Assembly: GCF_001194135.2 (NCBI RefSeq)
Contig: NC_068990.1
Span: 34,977,341-35,041,340, forward strand
DNA: 64,000 nucleotides
DNA from: Octopus bimaculoides
Taxonomy: Eukaryota
Direction of reading: 5' to 3'
The notes beneath the pieces were generated by a model, which worked only from the letters and a program-made list of their open reading frames with translations, did no database searches and was not told the DNA's origin. The position numbers and the translations under genes are program-made. Every line of letters starts with the position of its first letter. Position 1 is the first letter of the stretch. Shown here one piece after another: positions 52,790 through 64,000 of the stretch.

Positions 52790-53330
52790 TCATGCCTTTG
52801 ACAGAGCTTGGTGTTGTTCAACTAACCTTGCGTGGTTCTTTAAGCAATATATTGATTTATTTAGACGACCAAAGCAACAAAAGTTCTTTGAGTTAGGAAA
52901 GTGAGATAAAGTGATATTTATGCCTGTCCTTCTCAGGATCTTCACATGTCTGAATGAGATTGAAAGGCTTATACCCGGAAATTTAAGGTAACTTATTTTC
53001 TTTTCTGAATTAGCTCTCACTCACGGGATATGTCGACTTATCTTAAGGGTGCATTAAAATGGTTCGTAGTCAAAGGAATGACTTATGAAATAGCACAGTA
53101 CACAGGTGAATTGGTGAATTTTAAATATGTATCTTATTAGCGATGTAATGGTTATTTAAGAATATCGTTTTCCTCGATGAGATCCAGGTATTCTTCGTAC
53201 AGTGTATCATTGAACTTCTCTGCTTTAAAATCTCAAATGTAAGATCTCTTCCTATGTTAAATGCATCCATACGGCCGCATTCTCTGATAGAATTAATCTA
53301 CAAGCATTATTATGGATCGCCGAGCACCCA
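52790..53330 (-). pseudogene. Possible decayed LINE RT C-terminal fragment
   Basis: YLKFPGISLSISFRHVKIL...GRLNKSIY resembles the KFLG..LSF..HI..L thumb region; weak. Confidence 0.25.
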
Positions 53331-53504
53331 GAAAGAGCCGTTGTATTAGTAATAACTTTCTTTCATCCCTTTAATTTTCTGTATCCATTGAAATCTGTGT
53401 AAGTTGGACCTTTTTATATGTATACATATATACATATTTTGCGCTTCATGTATATAACATACTTTATATGTTGATCTGTCTAATTTGCTTATCCCCACAT
53501 TCGC

Positions 53505-53545
<41 letters not shown>

Positions 53546-54077
53546 AAAAAAAAATGGATCAAAAACGNNNNNNNNNNAGGCGGACAAGAAAAACAACAAT
53601 TAGAGGAAGAGGAAAAAAAAGACTGGTCACTTGTGGCCTTCTTTCGTCAGTCAATTTACACTTGTGACTGTTCGAGCTGGTTACACAGAAAAAAGTTTAA
53701 ACTAAGAGCATTCGATTTTTTGTAAGAAAGCTAGCGAATGTGTGCAAAAGCAAAGACAAAGAACGGATACATGGAACACAATTACAAATACAAGCAACAA
53801 GAATAAAACAACAGGTGTCTTTCGACGAATCAAATTGAGCTGGCGTGTATAAGGTGAAAGCATATAAGGAGATAGGCATATATACATATAGTGTTCCGTT
53901 AAGATCGACAGAAAGCAGTACTCCATAGTACACTCAATCACACACACGGTCACGCGCGCACGCACTGTCTCTCTCTCTCACACACACACACACATATATA
54001 TACATGTCTGTGTGCGTGTATGTATGAGGGTATGTGTATTTGCATACATGTATGTATGTGTGTGTGTTTATCAGTGA

Positions 54078-54147
<70 letters not shown>

Positions 54148-54421
54148 GCGTATGAGTGTGTGCGTGTGTGTGTATGTGTGTAGGTATATATATAGATTTA
54201 TATGCGCATATAGACATAAATAAATATTTGCATACCTATACACATGCTCACGTTAAGATAGCTCCAGCTTCCCCCACCAAAAAAAGAAAAAAAAAACTAT
54301 AAATAAATAGAAACCTTATAAATATGTAGAAATATAACATATAATCGACAACTTAAATAATATTACCCGAATAACACATGCGTGCACATTTTCTGATGCA
54401 ACAACAGCAGAAATCACGCAA

Positions 54422-54489
<68 letters not shown>

Positions 54490-54854
54490 GTATGTTTATG
54501 TGTGTATATATATATGTATGTATGTATGTATATGTGTGTATATATTTATATGCATGCATGTNNNNNNNNNNNNNNNNNNNNNNNNNNNNNNNNNNNNNNN
54601 NNNNNNNNNNNNNNNNNNNNNNNNNNNNNNNNNNNNNNNNNNNNNNNNNNNNNNNNNNNNNNNNNNNNNNNNNNNNNNNNNNNNNNNNNNNNNNNNNNNN
54701 NNNNNNNNNNNNNNNNNNNNNNNNNNNNNNNNNNNNNNNNNNNNNNNNNNNNNNNNNNNNNNNNNNNNNNNNNNNNNNNNNNNNNNNNNNNNNNNNNNNN
54801 NNNNNNNNNNNNNNNNNNNNNNNNNNNNNNNNNNNNNNNNNNNNNNNNNNNNNN

Positions 54855-54915
<61 letters not shown>

Positions 54916-55996
54916 TTATGTATATATATATATTCACAAATACAAACGTGTTGGCAACGTTTTCCCCTATTCAAATATATACTTTACAGTCGAAACATCG
55001 CTGAAGAAAATATAGAGATTAACAAATTATATCCTAAGACCAAACGCAATAATAAACATAAAGAGATTTTGGAAACGAAAATCACATTATTACAAACATA
55101 AATACACAAGGAGGAATACTTACACACACAGACCGACAAACAGATACCACAGATACACATGCACATTACCGCTAATACTTACACACATAAGTATACACAA
55201 CCACACTGCTATCTCATTTCTCTCTTTATCTATCAGTCTCACCCTCACGAACAGAATTAAACACGCATGGATAGTCATACACACGTAGACACATATACAC
55301 ACTCAATTGAAGGCAAAAACAGAAACACACAAACGTAGGGTCATAAACACCTACATGAATAGTAGTGTTTCATACAAAACAAACAAATGACAGTTCTCTA
55401 TCTCTGTCTCTCAGTCAGTTTGTATGGCTCTCTGTCTGTCTGTCTCTTCCTCTTTCTAAAGATTTTCAGATATCCACATACACAGAATATATCATATATC
55501 GCCCTTGGTCTTTCTGTCTTTCTGTCTAATGCGATAAGATATAAAAACAGGAACATTGAACGCTGGAATACGTTGAATAGTTAATGCTTCTGTATTTTAC
55601 AGTTTCATAATAAATACTTAAGTAAGTCTCTCTAAGTTATTAGCTGGTTGTCTGGAACAATTTTACAGGCGCAACTAAGGTTAATAAGATAAAAGGAAAC
55701 GGCTGGTATTGATTTTTCCTAAGAATATATATGTGCGGGTAGGTGTTTTGTTTATACGTGTGTGCGCACGCGCTTGTGAGTGCGAGTGAGAGGGAGTGTA
55801 TACGTGTAAGCATATGTGTATATTTCATGTGTCGAAATTGTAAGCCGTTTTTCCATTTTTTTTTTAGCTTCAAACAAGCAATAAAATATTGCGAATTAAT
55901 ACAATCTTTGATATTTTTTCAAAAATTATTTGCAATGATATTTGAATATATTTATATGTGGAATATATGTGCAATATCAAGAAGGTGTGTACTTAT

Positions 55997-56039
<43 letters not shown>

Positions 56040-56855
56040 TCATATTAGTCTGTGCAAGTATGTGTGCACTTATATAGTTATATATTAGCATATATATCTG
56101 CATCATAATTGCTTACATATGTACTAACTTGGAATGTACATTAGAATATAAAAATAAATGTCTGTATGAATGTATATATATATATATAATATNNNNNNNN
56201 NNNNNNNNNNNNNNNNNNNNNNNNNNNNNNNNNNNNNNNNNNNNNNNNNNNNNNNNNNNNNNNNNNNNNNNNNNNNNNNNNNNNNNNNNNNNNNNNNNNN
56301 NNNNNNNNNNNNNNNNNNNNNNNNNNNNNNNNNNNNNNNNNNNNNNNNNNNNNNNNNNNNNNNNNNNNNNNNNNNNNNNNNNNNNNNNNNNNNNNNNNNN
56401 NNNNNNNNNNNNNNNNNNNNNNNNNNNNNNNNNNNNNNNNNNNNNNNNNNNNNNNNNNNNNNNNNNNNNNNNNNNNNNNNNNNNNNNNNNNNNNNNNNNN
56501 NNNNNNNNNNNNNNNNNNNNNNNNNNNNNNNNNNNNNNNNNNNNNNNNNNNNNNNNNNNNNNNNNNNNNNNNNNNNNNNNNNNNNNNNNNNNNNNNNNNN
56601 NNNNNNNNNNNNNNNNNNNNNNNNNNNNNNNNNNNNNNNNNNNNNNNNNNNNNNNNNNNNNNNNNNNNNNNNNNNNNNNNNNNNNNNNNNNNNNNNNNNN
56701 NNNNNNNNNNNNNNNNNNNNNNNNNNNNNNNNNNNNNNNNNNNNNNNNNNNNNNNNNNNNNNNNNNNNNNNNNNNNNNNNNNNNNNNNNNNNNNNNNNNN
56801 NNNNNNNNNNNNNNNNNNNNNNNNNNNNNNNNNNNNNNNNNNNNNNNNNNNNNNN

Positions 56856-56894
<39 letters not shown>

Positions 56895-58212
56895 ATAATT
56901 ATATATATACATATCTATATACTTATATACAAACATGCATATATTTATGCAGATATATTTATATGTATGAGTGCACAGAAAAATGCGAAGTGTCCATTTA
57001 TATATGATTATATAAATACAAAAATCAATAATATATATATTCTGTCCCTGGAGAATATCAATAGAGAATTATGTATATATATATATCTTATATATTAATA
57101 GAAATCAAAATATCAAAGGTTGGTATGATACCATTAAATGTAAGGCAGTATCTTTGAAACTGTTGCAAACTTAAAACGGTTCACCGAACACAGAAACTTG
57201 CTCCACGATATCCAATCAACCTTTGTTACCAGTTTAGCCGACATCTTGTAAAATATATCAAGGAAACGAGGCAGGAAATTATATATATATATATACATAT
57301 ATATGTATGTATATATATATATATATATAAGCAATGTTAATTCTCTAAATGAAGTATTAACAGTAACTGCACGATAAAGTGTAGTATATTGCCACTTAAG
57401 TGTGGCTGACCCCTAGGGGTGGATGTTACTGTTGCTTTTAGCCCCAGGAGGACATCTCCTCCAGCTGGCTTATCNNNNNNNNNNNNNNNNNNNNNNNNNN
57501 NNNNNNNNNNNNNNNNNNNNNNNNNNNNNNNNNNNNNNNNNNNNNNNNNNNNNNNNNNNNNNNNNNNNNNNNNNNNNNNNNNNNNNNNNNNNNNNNNNNN
57601 NNNNNNNNNNNNNNNNNNNNNNNNNNNNNNNNNNNNNNNNNNNNNNNNNNNNNNNNNNNNNNNNNNNNNNNNNNNNNNNNNNNNNNNNNNNNNNNNNNNN
57701 NNNNNNNNNNNNNNNNNNNNNNNNNNNNNNNNNNNNNNNNNNNNNNNNNNNNNNNNNNNNNNNNNNNNNNNNNNNNNNNNNNNNNNNNNNNNNNNNNNNN
57801 NNNNNNNNNNNNNNNNNNNNNNNNNNNNNNNNNNNNNNNNNNNNNNNNNNNNNNNNNNNNNNNNNNNNNNNNNNNNNNNNNNNNNNNNNNNNNNNNNNNN
57901 NNNNNNNNNNNNNNNNNNNNNNNNNNNNNNNNNNNNNNNNNNNNNNNNNNNNNNNNNNNNNNNNNNNNNNNNNNNNNNNNNNNNNNNNTATATATATATA
58001 TATATATGTGTGTTTAATTATATGTACGTATGTGACTGCGTATATGCCCTCAAGATTCTCGACTTCGGATTATTAGTAGGTAAAACAATGTTGAGATGAT
58101 GAGGTCCAATGAGGCAGGAACACATATTCTTACCTGTCCATATCTTTCCAGCTAATCAGATTTTCTGTTATTTGCGACTGGTCATTTTCGGTAAACGCTT
58201 GATTTTACTGTA

Positions 58213-58420
58213 CAGTTATCCCTCGACGATCGTCGGTGTTACGTTCCAAAATTCCATGCAATAGGTGAAAATTCGCGAAGTAGAAACAATACTCCCTATT
58301 TTTTTTTTGTTATTATTTCTGTAATTTCTATATATTTATTTTATTATAGATGCAAAACAACTCCACGGAGGAATCGACCTAAGCTTAAATAACAAACCGC
58401 GATATGGCAAGAGAATACTG
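58213..58420. mobile_element. pogo/Tigger-like MITE (208 bp)
   Basis: TA-cagttatccctcgac... and ...cgcgatatggcaagagaatactg-TA: degenerate TIRs starting CAGT with TA duplication and no coding capacity. Confidence 0.55.
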
Positions 58421-58635
58421 TATATATTCCTGTGTCCTTTGGAATCGGTTGCAAACTGCACTTGCTATTCTTCTCTGGAAGAGGAGATAACTGCAATCAT
58501 TCAAGCACTTAGATTCTACAGTAATTTATATTCTTTTACTCGACCTTCTCATCAGATTTCTTTTTCTGTACATATATATATATATATATATATGTGTGTT
58601 TACGTGCGTATGATCTTATACATATACACATTTAC

Positions 58636-58675
<40 letters not shown>

Positions 58676-58747
58676 AGCTATATTTCCCCCTCTCTCGTTC
58701 TCTCTCACTATTAATCTGTGTATGTCTGTCTATTTATCTATCTGTGA

Positions 58748-58793
<46 letters not shown>

Positions 58794-59702
58794 TCACACA
58801 CACATACATGTATACGCAGAAGCTGACACACAGACAGACGCGTGTACAAATTTACGACGCTCGTCTTGAGATTTGCCGAAAAGCCATCAACGTTCTAATA
58901 CCCTTGATTCGATATATACATCTAAAGCTTTAGATCTATTATATAGGTTTTGGTATTACTGATGTCTTCTAGGGGATTGAAAGAGATTATATTTGACAGT
59001 ATACACATCATATTTTAAATAATATCAGACAATAGTAATGTCGCCTTTTTCTATTGTCTCCTCTTCTCATACGATTCTCTTCTGAAATACGCTTTAAGAA
59101 TGGTGGCTCTGACATCGAGTGTTATATGATATGTAGGTAGAACCGTTGGTTAATTTTGTTGAATTTTTCTAATATGATATGTTTTGAAGAAATGTGTATC
59201 AATACACTTATTCTCTCACTTCTTATGTGCCAAGTAAGAGATTGCTGTCTTGCTGAGGAAATCTAATAATGCTGAAGCATATTTGCAATTATCACACACA
59301 TTCACCAAAATCTTATTAACATAATATTGCTGAATAATCCAGTGTTTTAATATTCCCGCCACATAATTAGCTTTACTTCGCCACAGGATCAACTACAGAA
59401 ACTTTAGGCTGAATGATATATATCATACATACTCGATACGTATTACCTTCTTGTTTATTTCCCATATTAAAGCTAAGGTGATGTTTCTGATGTTATGTAC
59501 ATTAATTGCCTGTAATAATATCTATGGCACTGGTAAAAGAAATGTCTGTCTTCAAATCGAGATCATCTGATTGAAGTTATCACGTGCTCTATTGTACATC
59601 TAGCCGCATACATATGCGCTCCAACATAGACACTCAGTGAACGCGCACGCACATACACAGACATACACACACACAGACACACACAGACACACAAACACAT
59701 AG

Positions 59703-59733
<31 letters not shown>

Positions 59734-59739
59734 AATCAG

Positions 59740-59815
59740 AATTAGCGGTAATGTTTCGTGTAATTTACGTTGTGAATTCAGTTCCTGTTGAGGTCAGCTT
59801 TGCCTTTCATTACAG
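59740..59815 (+). mobile_element. Short SINE family B fragment
   Basis: tagcggtaatgtttcg...tttacgttgtgaattcag...gaggtcagctttgcctttcat aligns to 32700-32760. Confidence 0.6.
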
Positions 59816-60311
59816 TGCCTCGACACTGGGCTGTCAAATACTGCAGCGCACGGTATCATCTAAGCCTCTCAATAAACTTATGACTTACGCTCTGCTTTAC
59901 ATAAACATAAAAAATTTAAATAAATACACGACTCACTAAATTCTTACATGCAATTGGTCCGATACGCGATTCTCCGATACGCTACAGCATTATATATGAG
60001 TTTATATTAACAATACTTTGGGTAACAAAACTAAAATTACATCTCTAGTGAGGGGAAATAACCCCTGAAACATATAACCAGTGTCGTTCTTGTTAACTTA
60101 AGACAGCAACGTTTCATATCGTTTTCCGTTTTAATACATAATACTTTCAAGTGTATATCTGAAGATTTCTTAGCATTATGCATATTTCATGTATCGATAT
60201 ACACTGTGTTATATGTAAAAAGAAATTGTTTAATTTACATATATATCCTCCAATAAATACATATGCATAGGTAAACACACACATTAAAATTTATACAAAG
60301 GCAAAACATCT

Positions 60312-60678
60312 ACAAGAAGATCACTCAGAAAACGCAAACGACCGCCAAGGCAACACCAACGTCCTCTCAACGATTAGCTGGAGATGATTTTAAAAATGAG
60401 ATTATCTGAAATAAACTCGATTGCTTTCAGAAACGAAAATACTAAAATTAAACCCGACCGCTCTCAAGAATTAAGTAAAAAGACGGAAAAATAAACCAGA
60501 ATCCGTGTCCAGTACCGTATCGATTCAATTCGTGCCAGTCACAAGGCCAAACATCCTTGAAAGTTTCACCCGAATCCATCCAGCGGTTCTTGAGATATCT
60601 TGTCCACGGATAAGCAAACAAACAAACAAAAAAACACGACTGGAAACAATACCTCTGCCTTTACTAAAGCGGCAGTAA
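60312..60678 (+). mobile_element. Non-autonomous Helentron-like (DINE-1/pearl-type) element
   Basis: Starts acaag..cactcaga..cgcaaac..ccgccaagg. Has aagtttca..gaatccatccagcggttcttgagatatc, then a (CAAA)n tract, then a 3' hairpin ctgcc-tttactaaa-gc-ggcag (60655-60675). This architecture is known for such elements; family unverified. Confidence 0.55.
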
Positions 60679-61784
60679 TAATGCTCTGCATACTCCTCAT
60701 ACACTAATGCTTATATGGTCACCAATGCGTATATAGAGAGACACATACATGTATCCGTACCCAGATGCATTCCTACACTCATAATACACACACAGACACA
60801 GACACGCAGAAACACACACTCACAAACACACACACACACACACACACACATACACACACACAGAGACACACAGACACATATACGCACACAAACGCGCGCG
60901 CGCGCGCAGAGGCACTGATGCTTATATTCGGTTATAAAATGGAATGTTCTGTTCACTCATCAAAATAGCATACATCGATTATGGCACGTTTGATAATAGT
61001 TTGAATTTCTGAGACACGTGAATCACAACTTACCACAAAGAGACACGAGTTTGGCAAAAGATTCTTGATAACATATTAATACCTCGTTTGTTCCGGTATT
61101 CTCTATTTCCAACCTACACGCGCACGCACGAAGTTGCACACACACAAACATGCACACACACGCACACACACGCGCACACGCACACACACACACACACACA
61201 TACACACACACACACGCGCATACTCTCATACCTACACGCTTACACACATATACAGGCAGACAATTGTTTCGTTTGTAATATACCCCCGGAAAGGTGTAAT
61301 ATATTAAAGCTATAAATATTAATTCCGTGCATATAAAGTCCTGTTAATAATAGGTGGTAACTTGTGATTATATAACCCTTGAATCGTACGTACATACGCA
61401 CCTGCGTGTATACATGCATACACACGTACATATATAAATGCATAAATACATACATACTAACATACGTCCGAACACATACATGCATTCATCCATATACATA
61501 GACACACACACGTATATATAGAAGCATATACATTTATCCATACCTAGGCGCATTCCTACACTAATAATATATGATTAAAAATACACGCATACACAATTTT
61601 ATGCATATATACATGTATATATACGCATGTATCTATATATTTTTTATAAATATAAATATTTATATGCTTCTATACATACATGTATGTATATACATTCATA
61701 CATGCGTGTGTCTATATATACACACACACATATATACATATATATTCGCCTATTTATATATGTACATATATATTATATGTATAT

Positions 61785-61830
<46 letters not shown>

Positions 61831-63239
61831 GCATATATCTATGTACATACACACACATATATAGGGAAGTAGATATACTGACAACAAAATGGTTAGTTGT
61901 GCAACTATTTTTCTTTGCACTTTAACGAAACCAAATTCATTCGCCTATTTATAATGCATCTAATGTCTTATATCGTTCATAGAATCAGGCACTCCCATCA
62001 CACACATTCACAACATAAATATGATTCCCCACCTCCAACACCAACATCACCACACACATTATTATGTATACAATTTTCGCTCCGCTTTATCCACTCCTCT
62101 GCAATTCAATCTTACCATTCCCAAAACTGTTACACATTTATATTGAATGAGTCTCTAGAATTTCTCCATCTTTCTCTCTTTATTTCAATTTGAATGATTC
62201 ACCAGGTCACATGTACTCTGGTTTCTGCTTCTTGCAAGCCTTGTAGTTGCATTTACACACTCAAGCGTTACATATATCTATAGATAACCTACGTGTGCAT
62301 AAGCTCTTACAACTGCACAAACATATACAATCACTAATCTCGTAGTATATATACATAAAAAGAAATTAATTCTAGCGTATTGATATTTACCTCTGCATTT
62401 TTGTAAATTAATAACAATTTATGGAAAAATTTGAAATACATAAAAAAAAAGAAAACTTTCATGCATAATTGATAAAGAAATGTATTTCAACTGGCAACCG
62501 ATATTCTTATTGGGTTTACTTTACTACAATTGTACTGGTTTGCCATTCTGTTGTAGGTTTAGTTATTTATATTTTATTTGATTTTGTATCGGGAGTGGCG
62601 AACAAAAGAGTCGTTGTTTACGAGAGAAAGAGAAAGAGAAGAACGAATAATAAAATCAAATCTCAGCTCTTACTACCCAAAGAAATAGCACAATAGTACA
62701 TTTGTCTGGAGTTTAAATGATCTTGCTAAACGAGCGCTTTTGGGCCAGCGACAAGACAGAACTACTGTAGAGAAATAGTGTGATGAATTGGAGTTTTAAG
62801 TTCGCAAAGTGGTCATTTTGTACATGGTATTCGATATAATAAGTGTAGTTATATTTAGCTTTAATACTAGCTAAAGGTTTTAATGATTTCGCAGTGAAAC
62901 AAATCGTTTCGCAATTCTTATAGCTATAAAAAAATAAGAAAAATGTCTATAAAACTTAATTTAGAATTCCATATTGCAAATTTTAAAATTTCTAGTTTAA
63001 CTTCTCTTAGAGCGCATAAAACTTCACACACACACATACGCGCACATGCACGCACACACGCACACACACACACACACACACACATACACACACTGGGTTC
63101 TATCGGATTAAGTCCGATAGAACAACAAAGCACTTAAATGACTTGAGTGTCCCCATATATATATATATATATATATACATATTTAAAAGACTTGGGTACT
63201 CCTCTATATACATACATTATAGTCCATAGCGTATTTGAA

Positions 63240-64000
63240 TATCAAAGAAAGGATATAAGTAATTGACCATTCAATAAATTTTATTCAATGAAATAATTCC
63301 ATTATTATAAACAATCTTTGCATATCTATCAGGCAATTCAAATATTCCATCAGCATAAAATTGGGCTGGTTTTGAAGAAAAAGCGTTATCTAGATGCATT
63401 TTGACTCAATCTAAATCGTCAAATGTTTTTCCTTGCAATGAGTTCTGTAGAGACAAAAACAAGTGGTAGTCGGGTGGCGCAATATCAGGAGAATATATTG
63501 GATGGGGTAAGAGATCCCAGCCAAATTCATGTAACTTTGTTCGGGTAGCTAAAAAACACATGTGGTCGGGCATTGTCTTGTTGGCAATCTTCGGCCTCAA
63601 TTCTCTGATTATTTTGCTCAAGTTAGCCAAATGAAAGCAGTACGCATCAGAATTAATAGTCTAGTTTTGTGGGAGAAGCTCATGATAAATAATTCCTTTA
63701 TGATTCCACTAAACACCAAGCATAGTTTTTTGGCATGGATATTCGTCTTTGGTTGCGGTTTGGGGGAATCCTTACGAAAACTTCACTATTTTTGTTGCAC
63801 TACGTTTTCGTACACAATCCATTTTTCATCTCCGGTCACAAGTTGTTTCAAAAACGGCATACTTTCATTCCGTTTCAAAAGCATATCACGAACGGAATAA
63901 CAGTCCAAGCAATTATTTTCTGAGAGTTTGTGAGGGACCCATATATTATAGCGAGAAATGCATCCTCGCTACACTAGATGTTCATGAACCGTACCTTTAG
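63240..64000 (-). mobile_element. mariner transposase relic (C-terminal two thirds), continues beyond the window
   Basis: WVPHKL, FLKQLVTGDEKW, QQDNARPH, LPHPIYSPDIAPPDYHLF; ends GNYFIE* at 63281. Stops and frameshifts present. Confidence 0.92.

Noticed and set aside
62590-62610. LTR primer-binding-site-like TGGCG
   Set aside because: Not preceded by an LTR ending in CA and no gag/pol downstream.

Overview
AT-rich, gap-riddled (about 20 N-runs) animal genomic DNA with no confidently identifiable host protein-coding gene, rRNA, true tRNA or CRISPR array. The (TA)n/(CA)n/(TATC)n/(TTA)n microsatellite density and the recurring tRNA-derived SINEs are typical of an octopus draft assembly (inference from repeat content). 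The window is intronic or intergenic and is largely a transposon graveyard. DNA transposons: two Tc1 (DD34E), two mariner and one maT (DD37D) relics, a pogo/Tigger-like MITE, a hAT-like relic and a Helentron-like non-autonomous element. Retroelements: one RTE LINE, six R4/Dong-clade LINE fragments, other decayed LINEs, Penelope-like ends and at least three short retroposon families. Almost all listed ORFs are microsatellite translations, gap-spanning artefacts or transposon pieces. Best leads: (1) a nest of R4/Dong LINEs stacked into (TAA)n arrays with an apparent target-site duplication; (2) a minimal hammerhead-ribozyme-like motif in a Penelope-like end; (3) a pre-miRNA-like hairpin at 35.8 kb; (4) a candidate 24-nt microexon whose acceptor can base-pair with the downstream intron; (5) a 115-bp-arm near-perfect palindrome; (6) a Tc1 element sitting next to its own deletion derivative. 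All assignments are by-eye motif recognition, with no database search. I found no convincing wholly new biological system.
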